Source: Octopus vulgaris (lineage: Eukaryota). From it: a DNA stretch of 64,000 nucleotides. The notes beneath the pieces are model-generated. The model was not told the DNA's origin. It saw only the letters and a program-made list of their open reading frames with translations, and did not search any database. The stretch spans positions 65,100,001-65,164,000 of the forward strand of contig OX597827.1 of NCBI GenBank assembly GCA_951406725.2, in the 5' to 3' direction. Shown here piece by piece: positions 45,105 through 57,002 of the stretch. The position numbers and the translations under genes were made by a program. Within the stretch, counting starts at the first letter, position 1, and each line of letters starts with the position of its first letter.

Positions 45105-45405
45105 ACGGCCTAGTGGTCAGAGCAGCGGACTCGCGGTAGAGGGATCGCGGGTTCGAATTTTAGACCGGGCGATGTGTGTGTTTATGAACGAAACACCTAA
45201 GCTCCACCGGGCTCCGGCGGAAGGTAACGTGGTGATCCTCTGCTGACTCTTTCGCCAGAAATTTCTCTCACTCCCCCCCCCTCCTGCATCTTACAGCTCT
45301 CCTGCGACGGACCGGCCTCCCGTCGAGGTGGGAAATCCTATGCGCCAAGGAAACCGGGGAAACTGGCCCTTATGAGTCAGGCACGGCTCTAGAAGGAACA
45401 AACAA
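45105..45405 (+). mobile_element. tRNA-derived SINE, head type C
   Basis: GGCCTAGTGGTCAGAGCAGCGGACTCGCGG..GGTTCGAAT (A and B boxes); same head as 53504-53900. Confidence 0.8.
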
Positions 45406-45427
45406 TATATATACATACTCTCTCTCT

Positions 45428-45748
45428 ACTCCGCCGGTTACGACGACGAGGGTCCCAGCTGATACGATCAACGGAACAGCTTGCTCGTGAAATTAACGTG
45501 CAAATGGCTGAGCATTCCACAGACACGTGTACCCTTAACGTAGTTCTCGGGGATAATCAGCGTGACACAAAGAGTGACAAGGCTGACCCTTTTAAATACA
45601 AGTACAACTCATTTTTGCCAGCTGAGTGGACTGGAGCAACGTGAAATAAAGTGTCTTGCTCAAGGACACAACGCGTCGCCGGGAATCGAACTCACAACCT
45701 TACGATCATGAGCCGAATGCCCTAACCACTAAGCCACGCGCCCTCACA
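45428..45748 (-). mobile_element. tRNA-derived SINE, head type D
   Basis: Minus: GTGAGGGCGCGTGGCTTAGTGGTTAGGG..GAGTTCGATTCCC..GTGTCCTTGAGCAAGACAC; TSD ATATACATACT. Confidence 0.85.
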
Positions 45749-45757
45749 TATACATAC

Positions 45758-45819
<62 letters not shown>

Positions 45820-46912
45820 ACATGTAACTATCAAAAATGTATACATATTTTTATACATTTATATATGTGTGGGTGTGTGTACACCCCATCATACTCATAC
45901 GCACGCACCCCACATACTCATGTATGTTTTGTATGTATGCATATATCCTTTATCTTTGTGTGTCTGTGTTTGACGTTTGTACAGAGGATAATAATGTGTA
46001 TTCATAATGCTAAGTTTGAAGTCGTTTGATAAATAACCTGTGCTAATGGAATAGTTATGTGGTTTTTAGAGCCATTGGGCATATATTTCTAGCGGATAGG
46101 TGTGGTAAATTCGCACCCTTTGCTATAATTATAAATTTAGCATAAAACATTACGTAAAATGTTTTATTTCACGCTTGCCACTTGAGGAAATCATTGAAGT
46201 GATTTTATTCTTAATTCTATAGAAAGAAAAAAAAAACATTTGCTCCAAATAAAATCGCATTTGCTGCGGGGTTATTTTGATAAAACAAAAGAAAAAACAT
46301 GCTGTTGAGATAAGAAGATAAATTGGATTTTTACTAGTATATACGTACAAATCTATGTATATGGTCGTACCACTTTGATGTTCGTATGGGTGTGTATAAA
46401 TATTTGTATGTATGTGCTTGGATACATTTTACTGAAGATAACAAGGTGTTTTCTTAACGCTAAGTTTGGAATCGTTCACTATACAATTGATCAAAAGGTG
46501 TCATTTATTTTTTCATGTGTCCGATTACAACCTGTACTAATACAGTAGCGAGGTGGCTATTAGAGCCATCTTGCATCTATTTCTGGCGTGTAGGTGTGGT
46601 AAATATGCACCTTTAATATAATTATCCACATGATTATAAATTTAGCATAAACTATTACCTACAAGAGTTTAAATTTTCCTTGGACATTTGATAAACTCAT
46701 TAGAGTGATTTTATCCTTAATTCTATATAAAGAATATATACATATCTATGTGCACGCACACATACACACATACATATACTCTTATTAAAGCTGAAAAAAT
46801 ATCACAAGACTGTTACTCTTAGTTTCACGTTGCCGTTTATGGAACGATTATGATTGTGTAGTGTGTGTATATCAGTGAGCGTGGGTGTGTTAACATATAT
46901 ATATATATATAT

Positions 46913-47542
46913 ACGAGAAAGAAGCAACAAGAATGGATTGGTTTTTAGTACAATTGTTTCATACAAAGACAGGCTTTATTACAAGTTGCAAAAATTGCAG
47001 CAGATAAAAGTGTCCCGTACTCATCAGCTAAAATACATTTGAGTTCTCTAGACATCTTAGTGGGTGAGGTTATACTCATGAAATATTGGAGATAGTTCCA
47101 TTAGAGGCAGATATAGGTTGTAAACAGCTTTCCAAAGTTCCTTAATGATGATGCACAGTCTTATCACAGATTTTTAAAAAACTTATTAGTTTCGAAGAGA
47201 AGATGAATCAATCCATAGTGTAGATTTAAATTTCCAGAGATATGAGGAGGATGATGCACAGACTTATCACAGGTTTTTAAAGACTTATTAGCTTCAGAGA
47301 AAAGGTGAATTAATCCATAGTGAAGATTTACATTTCCAGTGGTAAGATGAGGGATTTCATACTCACAGACGATGTATTTAACCATTATTAATCCACAATC
47401 ATTTCATGCTATATGATAAGGTAATTTGCCATGTTATTGCTGCACTTTTATCTGCTGCAATTTTTGCAACTTGTAATAAAGCCTGTCTTTGTGTGAAACA
47501 ATTGTACTAAAAACCAATCCATTCTTGTTGCTTCTTTCTCGT
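46913..47542 (-). mobile_element. PLE-like element with 100-bp inverted repeats and a hammerhead
   Basis: 46913-47012 is the reverse complement of 47443-47542 (1 mismatch seen); internal ~102-bp tandem duplication; abuts (TA)n. Confidence 0.8.
46943..47033 (-). ncRNA. Type I hammerhead ribozyme with extended stem II
   Basis: Minus: UUUUAG CUGAUGA GUACGGGACA..UGUCUUUGUAU GAAA CAAUU GUA CUAAAA; stem III palindrome ACAAUUGU. Confidence 0.85.
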
Positions 47543-47663
47543 TTAAAATCACCCCACATTACTGTATGGATAACACCATATAGTTTTTTCTGGTGCATCT
47601 AAGTTAAGTACCACATTCAAGTAAATTCATTGGAAGTTACTTGAATCTTAATTGCTTTGATTA

Positions 47664-47719
<56 letters not shown>

Positions 47720-47961
47720 TTGTGTGTGTGTGTGAGTGAGTGTGTGTGTGTGTGTATGACTATATCGGTGGAAATATGGAAATAGATAGAAACACATTAC
47801 GTCATTTGTGTTGTCACTGGAATCTGGTCATGCTAGGGTACTGCCTTCTAAGATTTAGTGGACCATATTGACTCGATTCACACACACACGCACACACATA
47901 GACAAAAACACACACACATATATTTATATATACATACATGTATATATATATATATACTTAC

Positions 47962-48014
<53 letters not shown>

Positions 48015-48342
48015 CATATACAATTAAGGATCATTTGAATTTGGTACTTAAATTGAGGAACCTTGTTGCGTCCGAGTAACATGCATGCACAACGATATCA
48101 ATGAATATCAACCTTGGTGCATAAGTGCTGGCCGCGTGATATTCTTGCAGTGTATGCAAATAATACGATCTAGCCGAGAGACAAAATCCGCTCTTTGCTA
48201 TTCATATATGTACTTTATATTAAAAATACCGTCTATAATACTCACAAAGCGTAGATTCGATGGTAGATGAATACAATATAAGAGGTACAGGTTTCAATAC
48301 ATCACAGCCGTTTCCAACCACACCCTTTAATTGATTAATGCC

Positions 48343-48512
48343 AACATTACATCATTGTAAAGAAACCGTTTTCGCCAAATGAATTCATTATCGTGAAACA
48401 TAAAGGACTCCGTGAATTTGTTAGTTATGCTGAATAAGTCGAACTGTCCCTTAATGTATGAAGATCATGAATTCATCTCACGAAAACAGTTTCTTTACAA
48501 TGATGCAATGTT
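48343..48512. mobile_element. MITE-like foldback
   Basis: AACATTACATCATTGTAAAGAAACCGTTTTCG..ATGAATTCAT versus ATGAATTCAT..CGAAAACAGTTTCTTTACAATGATGCAATGTT. Confidence 0.7.
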
Positions 48513-48929
48513 CTCAAGGCGATAAAAGGTATTACTAATGTTGTCTAAAAATTCCATGTTTCATTTGTTGTTACGGATTTATTCCCTTACCTAACTTCAT
48601 GACATTGCTTTTAATAAATCTTGATTTTTATGACTATGCCATCTAGAATGTCTGTCTACTCCCTCAGCCCTACCCCAAACAAATACTGCCCTCTGTTTCT
48701 CTCAGTCTTAAATAAACAAGGGTTTTGATAAACTGCTCTATAAATTGAAACTGACCCATCAAAAATAAAAATATCAGTGACAGGCAGTGACTCCTTGAAA
48801 ATTTTAGTTACGACTATGCTGTTGTAGGTACAACATGTTCTTTGTCTATCTTCTTAACTTCTTGGAGATTTTATGTATAATTATACTGTGTCCATCGGTT
48901 CTAATTTAATTAAATTATATGTCTTTGTA

Positions 48930-49006
48930 CAGCTGAAGATCGCGCTACATTTATTGTAATGATTGAAATGTTCAATTAAATGGAGTTGCATGAAACGATC
49001 GTACTG
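48930..49006 (+). ncRNA. Type I hammerhead-like motif
   Basis: CAG CUGAAGA (imperfect long stem II) GAAA CGAUC GUA CUG; stem III palindrome ACGAUCGU; ends ~35 nt before (TA)n. Confidence 0.7.
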
Positions 49007-50497
49007 CATTATCTCTGGATATCCTTGTTGCGTATTTTGATTATATATATATATATACGTGTAAATACACAAGTAGTAAGTGAGCTAGGAGGTGGGTGAG
49101 AGCGAGAAACATTGCGATGGGAAACTATATATGTACACATATAGGTATATATATATGCATATGTATTTGTTTCTATGTGTTTGTGTGTGTGTGTATACAC
49201 CTACACCATAGTCATGCTGTCTTTCGACATGAAATATTTCCATTACCTAATAAGAAAATTGATTACCTGTCAAATCCTGTATAATGAGTTCATCTAAGTT
49301 CAAATCACACCTTATTTTCCATAGCTTGGCCAGAGTGTTCTGTACAATATAGAGATCGAAGCAATATTAGGAAACTTAAAGTATACGACATATAACGAGA
49401 GGGAAAAACAGCTAGAGAAGTTATATGAGGGAGAAATGTGTGACAAGAGTGATAAAGAAAGCGAGGGAAGCCGTGTAAGAATAAATATATATAGTTAAAC
49501 AGAGGCTTGATCAGAGAGAAAAACAGAAATAAATTAAGCAGTTTTACAGATGGGCGAAATTAAGGAAATAAATAATATAATGTCTGTGCGTTTATATGTG
49601 TGCGCGAGTGAGTGTGTGTGTCTGTGTGTGTCTGTGTGTGTGAGCGTGTTTCTGTGTTTATGTACATTTGCAGGTGTGTATATTTGCCTGAGATTAGTAG
49701 CTGGCAATTTCACAGGCGTTCAACAGATACTACGTGTCAGTATTTAGTAAGATCCCAAGGTTAATTTGCATTTCAATCCTTCAGGATTCGTACATGAGAT
49801 ATCACTGAAAGAATGAATTCGATTTAACCGACTATAACTTAATCTTAATATAAGGCGGCATCATAGCAGTCATAGAAAGCATACGGACTAAACCCATGAC
49901 GTAGTATTTGTAATTAAGAACAAAATATTAAAAATTAAACGCTTGTACAGATATCGTCAAATTTGTAATAAACATTTGATCATTGAAATTATATTGCCTT
50001 ATAAAGACTGAATATTTTACATAATATTAAATACAAAATTGGGTTAACATATTTAATCCGAAGTAAAAATAACAGGGTAAAATATGTTTAATACACTTTT
50101 AATTTAAATATTATTCGGTAAATATGTTAAAATGTAACAACTTAATATTCAATATGTAAATTAGTAAATTTTTAATGCTTGGGGTTTCTACGGTTATTTT
50201 AAAAAGTAAAACACTATTAGATGTTCGTAGTGGGAAATGGTAGTTAAAAACTTTATTCGTCATTTTATATCTTAATGAATCTCGATCTTACTAATGGTGT
50301 AAAGTCCAAAAACGTAGAACTAAATGTGCAGTTTTGGGAGGAACGAATTGGAAAATTATCTTCATTCTATCTTGTAACAGATTTATTGATTTTTTTAAAT
50401 TTCTATATCATGATGTGAACGCAGTTTCGAAATAGTAATATTCTAATACTTGTGAGTAAAATTCAAATATATATCTACTACGCTGAACTATACCGCA

Positions 50498-50594
<97 letters not shown>

Positions 50595-50649
50595 ATTATT
50601 TATATATATATATCTTTATATCTATATCTATATATATATGTATATAATC

Positions 50650-50684
<35 letters not shown>

Positions 50685-51010
50685 AATATATATATGTATA
50701 TATATATATATACATATACATGTATACATACGTATACATACATACATACATACATACATACATTATATATATTGGAAATTAACTGAGATATATATATATA
50801 AGTTAATTTCAAATATTTATTTGATATCAAGTTGTCTTATGAATGATATGAATACGAAAACCTCTTACTAAGATTTCCTTTCTACAATCTGCCAAATGTG
50901 TTAGGAAATATGTGTTTATAATGTATCTTGAAAATGGAGAGATCAAACAGACATGTTAATTTATAAACGTAATATATTATCATTATAATATAAATTTCAA
51001 TATTAATAAT

Positions 51011-51103
51011 CCCGACAAATGTTTCGATTTACTCTCTAAATTAATAAAGAGTTCATAAGGATTCATATTTTGGAAATAGTTTGAGTAAAAATCTCATCAG
51101 AGC
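51011..51103 (-). ncRNA. Type I hammerhead-like motif with decayed stem I
   Basis: Minus: CUGAUGA GAUUUUUACUC..GAGUAAAUC GAAA CAUUU GUC; stem I is weak. Confidence 0.6.
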
Positions 51104-52136
51104 AAAGCAGGACCCGAATTAGATATTAGCAGCTTGAAGTCCTAAAACAAACTGAACTAATCAATATATGTTTATGTATGTAAGTGTGAGCGACAATATC
51201 TTTATTGATAAAAAATTGAAAATTGAAAATAAAATGTAATATAACTGTTATAAAATATGTATGTGTATATATAAGAATATTATATTAAGTATATTTCCGT
51301 GCGTTACTATTTCAAGGCACAAACAATTCGTTATGAATCTATTATAAAACAGTAAATATTGACTTTTACTTCTATACCGTTGAGAAAAAAATACACATCT
51401 TACATAAAAATCTCACTCAGAAAAATATCCTTCATCCTCAACACGCCGACACTAAATAATACTATACGTTATACAATAATCATTATTTATTTTTATCTAT
51501 ACTAGTGTGTATGTAGAATAATTACATCAAAACGTATGTAGATTTTACTATTTCTATTTTAAAGGAAATAAGCTATATTTATGTTTTCATATTTATGTGT
51601 GTGTATGTATTCATACATTCGAGTAAAGTAGTAGAACCTCAAAATACGTATTATCATAATAGAAATTTACTAAGCATATTAAAAAGGAAGCCCGTTATTT
51701 ACAAGTTATAAACTTATGGCAAATGCGTTTATATAAGTTCGATAAGCTTGCTATATATTTATTTGTATATGTAATAAATCAAATATTTAAAGTTTAAGTT
51801 AAATAAGCTCAAGATAGAATTATATAATCTTCAAATAATATTTAAAAAACATTGTTTAAAATAAAATAATATAATCATGAAGTTACAACTATTGTCCATC
51901 TACCAATAATTGTGTTCATATATCGATACTCATGAGAAATGTATTACATTATATCATGTTCAAATATCAAGACCTATGAGAAATTCCTTACTTTAAATAA
52001 TTATATTATATAACATTATATTATATTATATAATAATACATTTATGTTAGCAATATATGAAATCATAGCAAATACCCTTATTATATAATCCTTTAAATTT
52101 ATGATAAAGCCATTACATCAAAAATGTTTATCACAT

Positions 52137-52617
52137 GCAATAATAAATCTCTGAACGAGATGTAAACAGTAACCGCTCGACAAAGTAAAGTATACTAGCC
52201 ATTGGGGCTAAAAGCTACAGTAACACCTACCCTTAGTGGTTAGCCATATTGAAATGGCTAGTATGCTTTACGTTGTGGAGCGATTACTGTTTACAGAGAT
52301 TTATTATTGCTTGCAGACAGTTTTTCGAAATCAGTGACGGAAGTTACTAGAAAAACAATAAGTATTTGCAAACAGGTCTCCCTTCATCGTAAACCGGTGA
52401 CTGCCGTACGCCGAAGACAGGCAAATACCTAGAAACTGCAGTCCGTGCGTATCACTTAGGTTTACGAGAGAGGGATGACCTCTCTTTGCAAATACCATAA
52501 GAGCACAGAAAGTTTGCCTAAAGCCAGCTGGAGACGATGATCTCCTGGGACTAAAAGCTACAGTAACACTCACCCTTAGTGGTTAGCCATATTGAAATGG
52601 CTAGTATACTTTACGTT
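52137..52617 (+). mobile_element. Retrozyme/PLE-like element: 343-bp period direct repeat plus inverted arm
   Basis: 52204-52274 repeats at 52547-52617; 52137-52203 is an inverted copy of 52253-52310; internal long hairpin containing an HHR. Confidence 0.75.
52405..52449 (+). ncRNA. Type I hammerhead, CCGAAGA (U4C) core
   Basis: CGUACG CCGAAGA CAGG-CAAAUA-CCUA GAAA CUGCA GUC CGUGCG; 6-bp stem I; stem III palindrome ACUGCAGU. Confidence 0.78.
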
Positions 52618-52639
52618 TATCACGTGATAAAAAAATAAA

Positions 52640-52848
52640 TGCGACCTTTTAAAGCCTAGCCAGGCTCATGGGCCCGGTCTCCCGGTTTCATCGCTGCGTT
52701 ACTCATTTTTGCCAGCTGAGTGGACACGAGAAACGTGAAATGAAGTGTTTTGCTCAAGAACACCACGCGTTGCCCGGTCCAGGAACGGAAACCACAATCT
52801 TACGATCATGATGCTGACACCCTAACCACTAAGCCACGCGCCTCCACT
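52640..52848 (-). mobile_element. SINE, head type D with alternative tail
   Basis: Minus: GTGGAGGCGCGTGGCTTAGTGGTTAGGG..CAGCTGGCAAAAATGAGT then GAAACCGGGAGACCGGGCCCATGAGCC. Confidence 0.8.
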
Positions 52849-53503
52849 TATCAGATGATGAAGGTGGGTAATTATTACAAGAATCGTGTGTTTTACTCAT
52901 CAGTTATCATGTTAGACTTTCATTATACATTACTATATCATTTTTTTAATCTTATTAAATGATAAGTTTCAAATAGAAACAAGAGATAACATCAAATGTT
53001 ATTCACACGAGAAACTTAGAGCTCTAAGCGTCGTGTCTGTCAAATAGACCATCGTGTGGACTCGTTAAGCAATCTCGATAGAATATATACAGGACTTATT
53101 TTAAAGCTTGGTACGTATTCTATCGACCTCTTTTGCCGAACCCTAACTTTCGGAGACGTAAATAGACAAGCTCCAGCTGTCGTAATGTGGTGAGAGACAA
53201 CCATAGACACGCACACACACACACACACACAGACACAAAAGACCATACATACATATATGTATACATATGTCGGGCTTCTTTCAGTTTCCGTCTGAATAAT
53301 ATAATAATAAAGTTATGACTATTATTCATTAAATCCACTCTCAATGTGTTGGTCAGCCTGAAGCTACAGTAGGATACACTTGCTCAAGTTGCAGCGCAGT
53401 GGGACTGAACCAGAAACCATGTAGCTCGTAATCAATCTTCTTACCGCACAGCCACACCCGCGCTTATTATATAGAACACAGAATTTGATGAGCGTAAACA
53501 TAC

Positions 53504-53900
53504 GAGGATTGGAATGGAAGCACTCCGTCGGTTACGATGACGAGGGTTCCGGTTGATCCGAATCAACGGAACAGCCTGCTCGTGAAATTAACGTGTATGT
53601 GGCTGAGCACTCCACAGACACGTGTACCCTTAACGTAGTTCTCGGGGATATTCAGCGTGACACAGAGAGTGACAAGGCCGGCCCTTTGAAATAAAAGTAC
53701 AGCAGAAACAGGAAGTAAGAGTGAGAGAAAGTTGTGGTGAAAGAGTACAGCAGGGATCACCACCGTCCCCTACCGGAGCCTCGAGGAACTTTTAGGTGTT
53801 TTCGCTCAATAAACACTCACAACGCCCGGTCTGGGAATGGAAACCGCGATCTTATGACCGCGAGTCCGCTGCCCTAACCACTGGGCCATTGCGCCTCCAC
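53504..53900 (-). mobile_element. SINE, head type C, with TSD
   Basis: Minus: GTGGAGGCGCAATGGCCCAGTGGTTAGGGCAGCGGACTCGCGG; CATACGAGGATT on both sides. Confidence 0.88.
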
Positions 53901-54047
53901 ATACGAGGATTATCAGAAAATTACTCCATAAATCACATGCTCATATAGTTTAATGATCTATTTGAAAAATGAGTAATTTGAATTAGTTGTCTCTGTTATT
54001 CTTTTGAACGCATGCGTATATGTATGTATAGGCCATTTACTCTATAC

Positions 54048-54434
54048 TCATTTACTCTTTTACTTGTTTCAGTCATTTGAATGTAGCCATGCTGGAGCAC
54101 CACCTTTAGTCGAGCAAATCGAGCCAAGGACTTATTCTTTGTAATCCTCGTACTTATTGTATCGATCTCTTTTGCCGAACCACTAAGTTACGGGGACGTA
54201 AACACACCAGCATCTGTTGTCAAGCGATGTTGAGGAGACACATACATATATATATATATATACATATATACGTTGGGCTTCTTTCAGTTTCCGTTTAACA
54301 AATCCACTCACAAGTCTTTGGCTGGCCCGAGGCTATGGTAGAAGACACTTGACCAAGGTGCCACGCAGTGGGACTGAACACGAACCATGTGGATGGTAAG
54401 CAAGCTACTTACCACAGAGCCACTCCTACGCCTA
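54048..54434 (-). mobile_element. Family B SINE
   Basis: Full-length reverse complement copy. Confidence 0.88.
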
Positions 54435-54464
54435 TGAAACCGTACATGCAATATATAAATCAGA

Positions 54465-54696
54465 GGCGGCGAGCTGGCAGAAACGTTAGCACGCCGGGCG
54501 AAATGCGTAGCCGTATTTCGTCTGCCGTTACGTTCTGAGTTCAAATTCCGCCGAGGTCGACTTTGCCTTTCATCCTTTCGGGGTCGATAAATTAAGTACC
54601 AGTTGCGCACTGGGGTCAATATAATAGACTTAATCCCTTTGTCTGTCCTTGTTTGTCCTCTCTGTGTTTAGCCCCATTGTGGGTAGTAAAGAAATA
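54465..54696 (+). mobile_element. Family A SINE with TSD
   Basis: ATATATAAATCAGAG on both sides. Confidence 0.9.
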
Positions 54697-55197
54697 AATA
54701 TATAAATCAGAGAGCTCAATGAAATCTTAGGCTCTGCCATAATATACATAACAGTGTGCATATATTTCCGGATACGTAGCATCATAGAGAAATTTATGAA
54801 AATATAGAAATACAGAAAATTATTGCATAACATGAAAGCCAACAACAAAAGCACTGAAACATTGGATAATGTTACCTACAAAGATATGATATGGAATAAT
54901 AACTCGTAGCATGCCTTGTAGTCTGTCATAAAAGTCAACGAATCGCAGCCTCGGCGAAGTATCGTCGTAATTACACTTTCTATGTTAAGTTTTCCTAGTC
55001 TACCTCTGAGCTGAAAACTTCATAGAAGATGACGTTAATTCTATCATTCGTATTGTGATGAAATAAGAAATAATGATGTGTTGGTTTCCAACCGTAGCGC
55101 TTATGCTGTGTTATCAAAGTTATATGCTTATGTCAACTGAGAGACAGCAAAAGAATGATGTGAATCACGTATATTAACGCATATAAACTTGGGAAAG

Positions 55198-55256
<59 letters not shown>

Positions 55257-55369
55257 TACACCCAATGACACTTCCAAATATTTATATCGGTACGTGTATG
55301 TATCTATATTAGCGTGAGATCTCTTTGCAAAAGATAGATTATTATGCACACACAAACACACACACACAC

Positions 55370-55405
<36 letters not shown>

Positions 55406-55407
55406 AC

Positions 55408-55440
<33 letters not shown>

Positions 55441-55547
55441 TATATAAAGTTAATCCAAACATGAAAACACCAAGAGAGAACACAACAATGCGAGCGTGGA
55501 ACAAATATAGTATTATTGGACGCTCAGGAAGGAAGGGAAGAAGGAGG

Positions 55548-55582
55548 GTTTTACGTTTCGAGCGGAGCTCTTCGTCAGAAAC
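55548..55582 (-). ncRNA. Minimal type I hammerhead ribozyme, canonical core
   Basis: Minus: GUUU CUGACGA A GAGC-UCC-GCUC GAAAC GUA AAAC; lies within element 55448-55650. Confidence 0.82.
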
Positions 55583-55660
55583 ATAGGAAAAGGAAAGATC
55601 CAGAGAAGGGAAGACGGCGGAAAAAATCGCCAACGGTACACACGCGGTCACACACACACA

Positions 55661-55757
<97 letters not shown>

Positions 55758-55810
55758 AATTCATGTGTCATCTCTATGTATGTATGTATGTATGTATGTA
55801 TGTATGTATG

Positions 55811-55846
<36 letters not shown>

Positions 55847-55911
55847 TATATAAGATATTAGAGAGATAATTAATATATTATTATTTATTAATTAAACATT
55901 TGACAAACATC

Positions 55912-55994
55912 CCTTACAGCTGTTTTAATTCAAGACCCTCAGAAAATTTACAAATAAAATTAAAACTTATTTAAAAGTCGAATTTCGTCAGAGG
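55912..55994 (-). ncRNA. Mutated hammerhead (GAAA to AAAA)
   Basis: Minus: CCU CUGACGA AAUUCGA..UUGAAUU AAAA CAGCU GUA AGG; stem III palindrome ACAGCUGU. Confidence 0.6.
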
Positions 55995-56214
55995 TAGTTT
56001 AAGATATAAGATATACATAATACATGTTCAATTCCTAGATGTTGAGTAAACGTCTGGAAACCGTTAATATATATGTATATTTTATGCGCATATATTCATA
56101 TAGGTATGTGTGTATTTATGTTTACTAGAGAGAGATATTTTTGTAAAAGTATGGATTTCGTTTATATATGTATTATAGACACAGACACAGACACACGCAC
56201 ATATATATGTATAA

Positions 56215-56252
<38 letters not shown>

Positions 56253-56256
<4 letters not shown>

Positions 56257-56545
56257 TAATCAAGGAACGGCCATAATAGGCCATTCACCCACTAGAAATA
56301 ACAGCCAAAAGCTTTATTTCTTACTGATGAATCTAAGAGCCTATGGTAGATTGGCTTGATTTAATTTAATCAGGTTAGTTTTCCATTAAACAGTAGATGA
56401 AACGGTGCATCGTCTAAGAAATTACAGGGTAAATATTTTTTAATTTTCTCCTGGTTTACGGAATTGACATTATTTTGCGGTTAAAGCTTTTGGCTGTTAT
56501 TTCTAGTGGGTGAATGGCCTATTATGGCCGTTCCTTGATTGTGAT
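56253..56545 (+). mobile_element. PLE-like element with 64-bp inverted repeats enclosing a hammerhead
   Basis: 56253-56316 is the reverse complement of 56482-56545 (1 mismatch); begins directly after (TA)n. Confidence 0.8.
56316..56422 (+). ncRNA. Type I hammerhead ribozyme with long stem II
   Basis: AUUUCUUA CUGAUGA AUCUA..UAGAU GAAA CGGUGCAUC GUC UAAGAAAU; perfect 8-bp stem I, GUC cleavage site. Confidence 0.92.
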
Positions 56546-56642
56546 GTTGAACTTAAAAATGGTTTATGACTATTTAATTTTTTCCCACTAGGCCGCTGGT
56601 GGCAAAAGAATTCTACAAAATTTTTTTGCCACCCTATATTGA

Positions 56643-56697
<55 letters not shown>

Positions 56698-56703
56698 CGT
56701 GCG

Positions 56704-56742
<39 letters not shown>

Positions 56743-56768
56743 ATGTGTATATATATACATATATAAAC

Positions 56769-56805
<37 letters not shown>

Positions 56806-56905
56806 TATACATGGTTGCACATACATATCGTAAATGTTTCATTTTCTTTTGATGTATGTTAAATATTCTATATTACATTATAATATATAATATAGACACG
56901 CACAC

Positions 56906-57002
<97 letters not shown>

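Noticed and set aside
45670-45748. tRNA-like sequences (also 45105, 52780 and 53830)
   Set aside because: They are SINE heads continuing into SINE bodies, not cloverleaf tRNA genes.
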